A DNA stretch of 64,000 nucleotides from the NCBI GenBank assembly GCA_963716175.1, contig OY970296.1:1632001-1696000 (forward strand), written 5' to 3'. Below the pieces are notes generated by a model that was not told the DNA's origin, did not search any database, and saw only the letters and a list, made by a program, of their open reading frames with translations. Made by a program: the position numbers and the translations under genes. Origin of the DNA: an uncultured Armatimonadetes bacterium (GTDB taxonomy: Bacteria > Armatimonadota > Hebobacteria > Hebobacterales > Hebobacteraceae). Of the stretch, positions 48,243 to 56,777 are shown piece by piece (positions within the stretch are counted from its first letter, which is position 1; every line of letters begins with the position of its first letter).

Positions 48243-51104
48243 ATGAGAGCGCGCTCGTGGCTGCATCTGCTGGCCGTCCTGGTCTGCCTTTCTGTCTCTC
48301 CGGCTGGCGCCCAGACGATCGCGGAAGCGTGGCGGAGCCCCTTTGGCCAGGCGCGGTCGGTCTCGGCGAACACTGCCGACGGGTCCTGCTGGGCGGCGAC
48401 GGGTTCGAGCGTGATGCACATGGCCGCGGACGGCACAGTGCTCAGCCAGAGCAATGGCTTCGATTGCCCCGAATCAGTGTCGGTGAACTCGTCTGATGGC
48501 TCCTGCTGGGTAGCGGACACCGAGAACAACCAGGTGGTGCATCTGGCTGCGGATGGCCGGGAGCTGTGGCGGGGAGATGACTTCAACATGCCCTACGGGG
48601 TCTCGGTCAACGCGACGGATGGCTCCTGCTGGGTGGCTGACACCTACAACTCGGAGGTGGCGCATCTCGATGAGAACGGAGACGAGCTGTGGCGGGGCGC
48701 GAGCTTCAGCCTGCCTGCTTCCGTCTCGGTGAACGCGGCGGATGGCTCGTGCTGGGTGGCGGATACCGGCAGCAACCAAGTGGTGCACCTGGACGCGGAC
48801 GGCGGCGAGCTACGGCGGGTTGGTGGGTTCAGTGAGCCGGGCTCCGTCTCGCTCAATGCTGCGGACGGGTCGTGCTGGGTGGCGGACACCGGCCATGATG
48901 AGGCGGTGCATCTCAGGGATGATGGGCACGAGCTGCGGCGGATTGGCGGGTTCAACTGGCCGTTGTCAATATCGGCGAATGCGGATGATGGCTCGTGCTG
49001 GGTGGCTGATAGCTACGGCTACCAGGTAGTGCATCTGGATGTGGACGGCGGGGTGCTGTGGCAGGGAGGCGGCTTCGGGGTGCCGATGTCGGTGGCGGTC
49101 AGTCTGAAGGATGGCTCCTGCTGGGTGGCGGATGCGGAGAAGTGCGAGGTGGTGCACCTGGCCGAGAATGGCACCGCGATCTGGGTGGGCAAGGCCCTCG
49201 AGCAACCCAACTCGGTCTCGGTGAATGCCGGCGATGGGTCCTGCTGGGCGGCCGATAGCTACCACCTGGAGGTGGCGCACCTGAGCAGGCAGGGGGAGGA
49301 GCTGTGGCGGGGAGGGAGCTACCGCTATCCCTGGTCGGTCTCGGTGAACGCGGGGGATGGCTCCTGTTGGGTGGCGGTGAACGACGGGCTGATGGGCGAG
49401 GTGGCGCACTTATCCGAGAATGGGACAGAGCTGTGGCGGGGCGGCGATGTGGTTGGGCCGAATTCGGTCTCCGTCAACTCGGCGGACGGCTCCTGCTGGG
49501 TGGCGGATACCGCGGGCTCGGAGGTAGTGCATCTGGCCGCGGATGGCGGGCTGCTGTCGCGAGTAGGCGGTTTCAGCGGGCCCAGCTCGGTGTCTGTGAA
49601 CCCGATGGACGGGTCCTGCTGGGTGGCGGACGCTGGCAGCAACCAGGTAGTGCGTCTGAGCGAGGCGGGACTGGAGCTACTGCGCGAGGATGGGATCTCT
49701 CGGCCCGCGTCGGTGTCGGTGGACCCCGGAGATGGCTCGTGCTGGGTGGCGGATACGGGCAACGGGGAAGTGGTACACCTGAGCAGCACGGGGCAGGAGC
49801 TGTCGCGGGAAGGCGGGTTCGTCGCGCCCCTCTCGGTCTCGGTGAATCCGGCGGATGGCACGTGCTGGGTGGCGGACACGGGGAACGATGAGGTGGCGCT
49901 GCTGGACGCGGATGGAGGCGAGGTGTGGCGGGGGTGGGGATTCCTGCGGCCGGTCGCGGTTTCCGCGAATCCCAGCGATGGGTCGTGCTGGGTGGCCGAT
50001 GCCGAGAATGGGCAGATCGTACATCTGGTGACGGTGGCGGAGCCGAAGGCGGATTTCGTCGCCTCGCCGGTGAGCGGAGTGGCCCCGTTGGAGGTCACGT
50101 TCACCGATCGCTCCCAGGGCGAGCCGACCTCCTGGCTCTGGGACTTCGGCGATGGCGGCACTGCGACGGACCAGAGCCCGAGCCATCTCTACACCACGGC
50201 GGGCAGCTACACTGTGAGCCTCACGGTTTCGAATGCTGCGGGCTCGGACACCCAAACCCGAGTGCACTATGTCACCGTGGTGGCGATGGCGGTGACGGCG
50301 CGGTTCTCCGGCACACCGAGGAGCGGACCGGTGCCGCTGACGGTGGATTTCACAGATCAGTCGCCGGGGGATGCGACCTTCTGGTGGTGGGACTTCGGCG
50401 ACGGGGAGACCGCTGCGGACCGGGACCCCAGCCACCAGTACGCCAGGCCGGGCCGGTATACGGTGAGCCTGACGGTGGCGAACGCGGGCAGCTCGGACTC
50501 GCTGGCGAAGTTGCGCTACGTTGTGGTGACATTCGTGGACGTGCCGCCGTGGTACTGGGCCTTCTCTGAGATCATGGCCGCGGTGGACTCCGATATCGTC
50601 GCCGGCTATCCCGATGGCAGCTATCGGCCCACCCTCCCGGTCACCCGGGATCAGATGGCGGTCTATATCGCCCGCGCGCTGGCTGGCGGGGAGGCGATGG
50701 TGCCGACAGGTCTGGCAACGGCCTCCTTCCCAGATGTGTCCACCAGCTATTGGGCTTTCAAGTACATCGAGTACGCGAAGGGCCGGCAGGTGGTAGAGGG
50801 CTACCCGGATGGGAGCTACCAGCCGCTGGTGCCGCTGGACCGGGGCCAGATGGCAGCCTTCATGGCGCGGGCGATGGGCGCCGCCTCCGGCGACCCGGGG
50901 CTGGCGAGCTACTCGCCGCCGGAGGTGCCTACCTTCCCAGATGTGCCGGCCAGTTTCTGGGCCTACGAATACGTAGAGTACGTAGCCGACCCGGCACGGC
51001 GTGTCACCCACGGCTACCCGGATGGCAACTACCACCCCGAGTACCTATGCACGCGGGATCAGATGGCGGCGTTCGTGCAGCGGGGGTTCGCGCTGCCGAT
51101 GTAG
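48243..51104 (+). CDS. Secreted protein with 14 NHL-like propeller repeats, 2 PKD domains and 3 SLH domains
   Basis: PxSVSVNxxDGSCWVAD 14 times; WDFGDG twice; SLH three times. Confidence 0.88.
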   Translation: MRARSWLHLLAVLVCLSVSPAGAQTIAEAWRSPFGQARSVSANTADGSCWAATGSSVMHMAADGTVLSQSNGFDCPESVSVNSSDGSCWVADTENNQVVHLAADGRELWRGDDFNMPYGVSVNATDGSCWVADTYNSEVAHLDENGDELWRGASFSLPASVSVNAADGSCWVADTGSNQVVHLDADGGELRRVGGFSEPGSVSLNAADGSCWVADTGHDEAVHLRDDGHELRRIGGFNWPLSISANADDGSCWVADSYGYQVVHLDVDGGVLWQGGGFGVPMSVAVSLKDGSCWVADAEKCEVVHLAENGTAIWVGKALEQPNSVSVNAGDGSCWAADSYHLEVAHLSRQGEELWRGGSYRYPWSVSVNAGDGSCWVAVNDGLMGEVAHLSENGTELWRGGDVVGPNSVSVNSADGSCWVADTAGSEVVHLAADGGLLSRVGGFSGPSSVSVNPMDGSCWVADAGSNQVVRLSEAGLELLREDGISRPASVSVDPGDGSCWVADTGNGEVVHLSSTGQELSREGGFVAPLSVSVNPADGTCWVADTGNDEVALLDADGGEVWRGWGFLRPVAVSANPSDGSCWVADAENGQIVHLVTVAEPKADFVASPVSGVAPLEVTFTDRSQGEPTSWLWDFGDGGTATDQSPSHLYTTAGSYTVSLTVSNAAGSDTQTRVHYVTVVAMAVTARFSGTPRSGPVPLTVDFTDQSPGDATFWWWDFGDGETAADRDPSHQYARPGRYTVSLTVANAGSSDSLAKLRYVVVTFVDVPPWYWAFSEIMAAVDSDIVAGYPDGSYRPTLPVTRDQMAVYIARALAGGEAMVPTGLATASFPDVSTSYWAFKYIEYAKGRQVVEGYPDGSYQPLVPLDRGQMAAFMARAMGAASGDPGLASYSPPEVPTFPDVPASFWAYEYVEYVADPARRVTHGYPDGNYHPEYLCTRDQMAAFVQRGFALPM

Positions 51105-51131
51105 GCGGGTGCGACCAACGCACTGAGGGGA

Positions 51132-51161
51132 GCCGAGAGGGCGCCTTGGCGCCCTCTCGGC
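51132..51161. terminator. Hairpin downstream of the SLH propeller gene
   Basis: gccgagagggcgcc-tt-ggcgccctctcggc. Confidence 0.65.
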
Positions 51162-51225
51162 GTTCGCCGGCATCGCCCCGCCGGATTCGACGCCGACTGC
51201 CGGGCTTGTGGCAGCGGTGACATCA

Positions 51226-51256
51226 TGTTATCATAAATGCGCGTGGTGTTATCATA
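51226..51256 (+). promoter_or_regulatory. Putative antitoxin operator
   Basis: TGTTATCATA direct repeat at 51226 and 51247 (21-bp period), just upstream of the antitoxin gene. Confidence 0.5.
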
Positions 51257-51275
51257 GGCTAAGGATGACCCAAGG

Positions 51276-51533
51276 ATGGTTAGAACACAAGTCCAGTTGA
51301 CCAAAGAGCAGGTTGCCGAGCTGAAGCGGCTGGCGGCGGAGCGCGCGGTGTCTGTGGCGGAGTTGGTGAGGGAGGGCGTGGAAGCGGTGATAAAGGCATC
51401 CCGCGGCATGAGTTGGGAGGAGCGAAAACGGAGAGCGCTGGCGGTGCGCAGCTTCCATTCCGACGTTCCGGACCTGTCCATTCGCCATGACGACTACCTC
51501 GTCGAGTCTATCGTTGACCCGGTGTCGGAATGA
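51276..51533 (+). CDS. CopG/RHH antitoxin (VapB-like)
   Basis: MVRTQVQLT...SVAELVREGV...DLSIRHDDYL. Confidence 0.85.
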   Translation: MVRTQVQLTKEQVAELKRLAAERAVSVAELVREGVEAVIKASRGMSWEERKRRALAVRSFHSDVPDLSIRHDDYLVESIVDPVSE

Positions 51534-51994
51534 GCGTCTTCGTTGATACGTCTGCCTTCATCGCTCTCCTCGCGGATGAGGATTTGAACCACGCCTCGTC
51601 CAGAACTACCTGGGACAGCCTGCTAGGGACGGACGAAGGCCTGTGGACCAGCAACTATGTGGTGTCCGAGACGGTGGCTCTGCTGCAGCGTCGGGTGGGA
51701 ATGGGAGCGGTCCGAGAGTTGGTGGTAGTCGCGCTGCCGGCGCTGCAGATTGAATGGGTCACGCCTGAGGCGCATGATCCCGCCGTGGCCAGCCTGCTGG
51801 TGGCCGGGCGGCGCGACCTGAGCCTGGTGGACTGCGTGAGTTTTGAGCTGATGAGGCAGCGAGGGATTGCCAGGGCCTTCACCTTCGACGTGCACTTTGC
51901 CGAGCAGGGGTTTGAGTGCCTGCCGGGCAGCGTTGCCCAGTCGGCCGCAGATCCGCAGGCTGAGAGAGAGGACCGCGCGCCGTCTGTCCAGTGA
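51530..51994 (+). CDS. PIN domain toxin (VapC-like)
   Basis: VFVDTSAF, TSNYVVSE, LSLVDCVSF, AFTFDVHF. Confidence 0.9.
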   Translation: MSVFVDTSAFIALLADEDLNHASSRTTWDSLLGTDEGLWTSNYVVSETVALLQRRVGMGAVRELVVVALPALQIEWVTPEAHDPAVASLLVAGRRDLSLVDCVSFELMRQRGIARAFTFDVHFAEQGFECLPGSVAQSAADPQAEREDRAPSVQ

Positions 51995-52240
51995 TTCTGT
52001 TGCATCATGGGAACAGCCATGATGCAACAGAACGGGCTTCACGATCCCCACGTCTGGCTCTGTAGAGTTTCAGAATCATGGGAATATCCCCATGATTCAG
52101 GAAACTCTATAGAAGCTGTTTCATAACCTTCCCAGGGGAGGTTATGAAACAGCACTGCACAACGTCAGGCCGTGGCAGGCGCATTTCATGCGAGGGCGTA
52201 GTGCGGCCAGCCAGCAGGTAGGTTATGAAATGCGCTCTAG
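51995..52240. mobile_element. Two tandem twin-hairpin MITE-like elements
   Basis: Four hairpins: 51995-52032 (16-bp perfect stem), 52063-52109, 52115-52153 (15-bp stem), 52179-52235. The second unit has TIR-like ends tagaagctgtttcataacct / aggttatgaaatgcgctcta. Confidence 0.6.
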
Positions 52241-52309
52241 GGAAGGTGAGTCTGGCCGAGGGGAGGCGAGCTATGCAGGGCAAGCTGGGGTGGCTGCTGG
52301 GTCTGGCCG

Positions 52310-52573
52310 CGCTGGGCGCGGAATGTTGAGAGGCGGGACGTCGGCTCCTTCTGGCTCCCAACGGCCACGGACAGATTCCACCCGGATTTCGTTGCGGTGC
52401 TGGAAGACGACCGCTTTATGGTGGCAGAGCACAAGGGCGAGCTCCTGTGGAGCACTGAGGACTCGAAGGAGAAGAGGGCCGTGGGGGATCTCTGGGCTGA
52501 GCGAAGTGGCGGCAAGTGCCTATTCCTGATGACGAGAGGGAAGGATTGGGGGGCCATCAGAGCCAGTCTGTAG
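52310..52573 (+). pseudogene. C-terminal remnant of a type III restriction (Res) endonuclease
   Basis: Manual translation WARNVERRDVGSFWLPTATDRFHPDFVAVLEDDRFMVAEHKG...DSKEKRAVGDLWAERSGGKCLFLM...*; PD-(D/E)xK-like; no start codon or helicase region. Confidence 0.7.
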
Positions 52574-52875
52574 CCTGCAGGGCGGACCAGCATGGCGCGT
52601 GCCTACTAGGCAGTATTGGAGGACCTAGTCAGCCGCGATCCGGGTATCCTCCGCCGCCGGGGAATGGGAAGCGGACGCGCGCCGACGCGACGGCTAGCGT
52701 GAGGAGACACTGCGGGTCGGATGACTCGTGGCACCGGACCTAACGCCAAGTCGCCTGATGCAGGGCACATGGCTTGTCTCTCTGACCCGCACGATGTATC
52801 ATGCCGCCTGACGGCTACAAGTTGCCTCCATTGCGGGCGCGGCGACAGGAGGCCAGCCTTCAGGGGCGCGGTGAC

Positions 52876-53826
52876 ATGCGCCGGTTTGGCGGACTGAAGT
52901 TCATCGGGGGCATAGGCATTGCCATGGCACTGCCTGCTGTTGTGCCCTTCGGCGGCTGGCAGACCAACCCCCTTCTGGGATGGTACCAGCACTGGTTCAG
53001 GCTCGTCTGTGAAGGTGGACTGGCGGCCGTTATTGCGCTCACTGTGTCCTGTCTTGTGAGACCTCAGCGTCCCCAGCGCCTCGCGATGCTTATCGGAGGC
53101 CTGGTCGGGTGCTGGGCGCTGGTGATCCCTCAGCTGCGCCAGTTGCGATCGATCATGGGGCCGTACCTGGGCACGTTCACGTTTTCCTACGGCGCCCACA
53201 AGGTCGGCGACGCCACCTTCGTTCTGGGCCACCTCACGACCAGGGTCCTTCCCATCATGGTCTCCTGCTGGATCGGGGCGGACTACTGGCGCGCTCGCTC
53301 TCGGTCGGAGTTCTGGCACGGGATAGGGGGCACCGCGCTCAAGGGTGGACTGATCGCCGCAGCGATCGCCTCGCTCATCGCTGAAGCGGTCTACTTCGGC
53401 AGCTTCATCGGCATCGCGGCCTATTCGAGGTTGACCGAGCCGCTCAGTCACCAGGTTCGCTCGTTCCCCTGGTGGTACACGTGGGCCTACGCATTGAGTG
53501 GCATGGCATGGGGCGCGGTAGTCGCGGCGGTCCTCGCCGCATGGCGTCCCTCGCCATGCCGTGGGGGGCTGATAGGTGGAGGGATAATGTTTGCCTTCTC
53601 CCTCCTCTGGCTGTGCATCTACCTGGGGAGGCTGTACAGCAGTCTGCCACCAGCTGAGTTGACGCTGTACGTGACCCCGGCGGTGCGATTCCTCCTCCAT
53701 GCTGCCGCCCCCTTGATCTGGGCGCTGTCCGTCGGAGCGATCGCGGGTTCCATCGCCGGCCGGTGGCGCGGTGCGGCTGACGGCCAAGCAACGCTTGCAG
53801 CGACCGCCGATGGCGGCGCTTGCTGA
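52876..53826 (+). CDS. Hypothetical multi-pass membrane protein
   Basis: Open frame with many hydrophobic helices; no recognisable motif. Confidence 0.55.
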   Translation: MRRFGGLKFIGGIGIAMALPAVVPFGGWQTNPLLGWYQHWFRLVCEGGLAAVIALTVSCLVRPQRPQRLAMLIGGLVGCWALVIPQLRQLRSIMGPYLGTFTFSYGAHKVGDATFVLGHLTTRVLPIMVSCWIGADYWRARSRSEFWHGIGGTALKGGLIAAAIASLIAEAVYFGSFIGIAAYSRLTEPLSHQVRSFPWWYTWAYALSGMAWGAVVAAVLAAWRPSPCRGGLIGGGIMFAFSLLWLCIYLGRLYSSLPPAELTLYVTPAVRFLLHAAAPLIWALSVGAIAGSIAGRWRGAADGQATLAATADGGAC

Positions 53827-53882
53827 ATGTCGCGAGGTAAGGGATGAGGCGGTCCAGTGGAAGCAGATACGGGGCAGTACCC

Positions 53883-55112
53883 ATGCGCAACAGAAGGCCG
53901 TGCTTTGCGCTCTGCATGGCTCTCGCGGCTGCGGTCTTTGCGGGCGTTGGATGCCGAGGGCCCGAGCGCACTCAGGTGACAGTGATCGGCGGCACGCAGC
54001 CGGCGAAAGCAGCAGCTCCGGCCGAAGGTCAGCGGCTCAACATCATGCCGGGCGCTCGGCTTTCCCCCGACGGCAAGATGCTGGCGACGGATGTGATGTC
54101 TGCCGTCAGGAATAGCCGCACTCATCAGTATGTGATGCAGGTGTGGTTCATGGACGCTGACAGCGGCCAGGTGCTGGCAATGACCGATCCCGCGGTGCAG
54201 TCTATGTTCTATCGCTGGGGCCCTGGCAACAGCTACCTGATGAGTGTAGAGCGTCCGGGCCATGCTTCACAGTTGGTCTGGGCGCGATCGCCCACTGAGG
54301 CCTACACCACAATCGCCCCGAACGACCGGACCCTGGGAGACAGGATTCGCGGCGTTAGCCCGCACTTCGATCCCCAGATGAAATGGGTGGTCGTTGAGGC
54401 GAGCCCTGTAGGAGCACCAGAGGACGACCCTGCGACGGAAGTGCTGGCAATCCCGCTTCGTGGTGGCAAGACGCACAGGATTCGGCGGGGCAAAGCTTTC
54501 GTAGGGGTGGGCGGCTTCGTGAACAATCCCCGGAAGCCGGAAATGCCCATGGTCTTGGTTGGTGGCCAGGTAGACGAGAAGGCATGCGGCTCGGAGGTGG
54601 CCGCTATCGCCATTCCCTCCGGCGCGGTGCTCTGGCGAGCACAGCTCAGCGACGATTCTGGAACCGTGGGAGAGATCCAGCCCTATGGGCCCGGGCAGGT
54701 GATCGTTCCTCTGACGATAGGTGAGTACATCACTCCCGGGTCAGGCATCCACACAGAGATATGGCAGATCGATCTCGCAACTGGACGGGCAAACTGGAAG
54801 GACGATATCCCAGCTGACTGCGATGCCCTGGTCGTGTTTCAGGGTCGGGATCGCGCCTCGATCTTCATGGCAAGCAGTTGGGATGTGTGGCAAATCGGCT
54901 TCGCTGGGTCAGGCACAGAGACGAGGAAGGTAGTAGACGGATCGATCAGTGCACGTCCTTGGGGACCCATTAGACGCATCTCCAATGGAGGCGTTGAAGC
55001 CTACTTCTGGAGCAGCCACTCCCTCTATCGATGCCATCTCGAAGCAGGGACGACTGATCTCTTCTGGGGACGTCGACTACTCAGTGATGACCCACCGCGT
55101 GTAGCGCGGTGA
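53883..55112 (+). CDS. Putative lipoprotein with beta-propeller-like repeats
   Basis: MRNRRPCFALCMALAAAVFAGVGC lipobox-like signal; LSPDGKMLA. Confidence 0.6.
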   Translation: MRNRRPCFALCMALAAAVFAGVGCRGPERTQVTVIGGTQPAKAAAPAEGQRLNIMPGARLSPDGKMLATDVMSAVRNSRTHQYVMQVWFMDADSGQVLAMTDPAVQSMFYRWGPGNSYLMSVERPGHASQLVWARSPTEAYTTIAPNDRTLGDRIRGVSPHFDPQMKWVVVEASPVGAPEDDPATEVLAIPLRGGKTHRIRRGKAFVGVGGFVNNPRKPEMPMVLVGGQVDEKACGSEVAAIAIPSGAVLWRAQLSDDSGTVGEIQPYGPGQVIVPLTIGEYITPGSGIHTEIWQIDLATGRANWKDDIPADCDALVVFQGRDRASIFMASSWDVWQIGFAGSGTETRKVVDGSISARPWGPIRRISNGGVEAYFWSSHSLYRCHLEAGTTDLFWGRRLLSDDPPRVAR

Positions 55113-55520
55113 GGCGAAGAGAGGAGATCCATCTCGGTCGCAGGTTTGTACTGGGGCGCAGTTGACGGACGCATGGCCCGCTCACCCGCGCATTCTACTC
55201 TAGCGACCGCGGAACGGGAAGATGCTAGCTGCCTGACTGAGCTTAGACGTCAAGGCCTGGAGGTGCTCCGGCCAGCGCCTCCTTCGCCACCGAGATCGAG
55301 AGCAACGGTTCCGGCCCGTTCGCGGCACCGACCCGGAGTGCTATGTTTCTTTGGGCTGGCGATGTAGAAAGCGCTGCGTCCGGGCAGAGCCGAACGCAGC
55401 GCGGACCAGGGGCACGCAGAGGCGTGTCCGCCATTCTTATGCCACATTGGGACGGGTTTTGACCATCCGGCCTCACCGCAGAGGCGCAGAGGGGGATACC
55501 GCACCGCGGTCGCGGCTGGT

Positions 55521-55549
55521 TCGACACCGCGTCGGGTAAGTGCTAGAAT
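55521..55549 (+). promoter_or_regulatory. Sigma70 extended -10 promoter of proB (leaderless)
   Basis: TCGACA-N17-TAGAAT with a TGn extension; the GTG start lies 7 nt after the -10. Confidence 0.6.
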
Positions 55550-55555
55550 CTCTTC

Positions 55556-56695
55556 GTGCAAGCTGAGCGCTCCCAACTGAAGGGCGCCTCCCGGGTCGTG
55601 ATCAAGCTGGGCTCGAGGGTGGTGACCACGGCCGAGGGGGCGGTGGACGAAGCCCATCTCGCCCACCTCGCGGAGCAAGTGGTCGAGCTGGCGCGAGCGG
55701 GCAAGCAGATCGTGCTGGTGACGAGCGGCGCCATCCGGACCGGCCGGCACAGCCTGGGGATCAGCGATCAGAGCCTCGATCTCCCCGCCCGCCAGGCGAC
55801 GGCGGCGGTGGGGCAGATCGAGCTGATGTGGCGCTACCGGGAGATCTTCGGCCAGTTCGGACAGCCCATCGCCCAGGTGCTGCTGACCCAGGCGGAACTC
55901 TCGGACTTCCGGCGCTACCTCCATCTGCGGAACACGCTGAGCACGCTGCTCGGCGAATACCACGTGATCCCGGTGCTGAACGAGAATGACTCGGTATCGG
56001 CGGAAGGGGTGCAGATCGGGGAGAACGATCGGCTGGCGGCAGTGGTGGCCTCGAAGCTGGACGCCGATGTGCTGCTCTCCCTGTCTGATGTCGCCGGGTA
56101 CTACAGCGGCGATCCGCACCACGACCCGAAGGCGCAGCTGATCCCGGTGGTGCGAGAGATCACCCGGGAGATGGAACAGGCAGCGTGCGACTCGGAGGGG
56201 TCGGCGGGGCGAGGCGGGATGCGCACCAAGGTGGAATCGGCGAAACTGGCGATGAGTGCCGGCGTGGTGATGGTGATCGCGGGCGGGCGGGAGCCGTTCG
56301 TGATCCGCCGGATCATGGCGGGGGAGGAGATCGGGACTATCTTCCTGCCCAAGCCGGCGAAGATGCGGTCGCGCAAGCGCTGGATCGGGTTCGCCAGGGT
56401 GCCCAAGGGCAGGCTGCTGGTGGACGCGGGGGCGGCCCAGGCCTTGACCGCTGGCGGGAAGAGCCTGCTGCCGGTCGGGGTGCTGGAGGTGGAGGGTGAG
56501 TTCCAGGCCGGGGACATGGTATCTGTGGTGACAGAGGCGGAGGGGGATCGCCGCGAGGTGGCGCGGGGGCTGGTCAACTACGCCGCGGGGGACCTGCGCA
56601 AGATCCAGCGCTGTAAGTCGAAGGATATCGTGAAGCGGCTGGGGCATCGGGATTTCGACGAGGCGATTCACCGGGATAACCTGGTGGTGCTGTAA
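55556..56695 (+). CDS. proB: Glutamate 5-kinase with PUA domain
   Basis: VVIKLGS, VTSGAI, AAVGQ, NENDS, GENDRL, GGMRTK, GKSLLPVG. Confidence 0.97.
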   Translation: MQAERSQLKGASRVVIKLGSRVVTTAEGAVDEAHLAHLAEQVVELARAGKQIVLVTSGAIRTGRHSLGISDQSLDLPARQATAAVGQIELMWRYREIFGQFGQPIAQVLLTQAELSDFRRYLHLRNTLSTLLGEYHVIPVLNENDSVSAEGVQIGENDRLAAVVASKLDADVLLSLSDVAGYYSGDPHHDPKAQLIPVVREITREMEQAACDSEGSAGRGGMRTKVESAKLAMSAGVVMVIAGGREPFVIRRIMAGEEIGTIFLPKPAKMRSRKRWIGFARVPKGRLLVDAGAAQALTAGGKSLLPVGVLEVEGEFQAGDMVSVVTEAEGDRREVARGLVNYAAGDLRKIQRCKSKDIVKRLGHRDFDEAIHRDNLVVL

Positions 56696-56703
56696 AGCGA
56701 ATC

Positions 56704-56755
56704 CGCAGATTACGCAGATTGCGCAGATAAAGGGCGGGTCCGCGACCCGCCCTAC
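56704..56755. repeat. CGCAGAT tandem array plus a GTAG-type REP
   Basis: cgcagatta cgcagattg cgcagata; agggcgggtc-cgc-gacccgccctac. Confidence 0.65.
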
Positions 56756-56777
56756 GGAGGGGGGAGGCGGCTGGAAG

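Noticed and set aside
48327-50030. CRISPR array or DGR template/variable repeats
   Set aside because: The repeats are in-frame protein blades with synonymous divergence; no cas or reverse transcriptase gene is in the window.
2733-55450. GTGGCATA motif at about 2735, 45735 and 55440 as a sigma54 -24 box
   Set aside because: The -12 TTGC is missing. An extended -10 element or chance is more likely.
52574-55555. Integron cassette array
   Set aside because: No paired RYYYAAC...GTTRRRY attC sites flank the ORFs, and there is no integrase.
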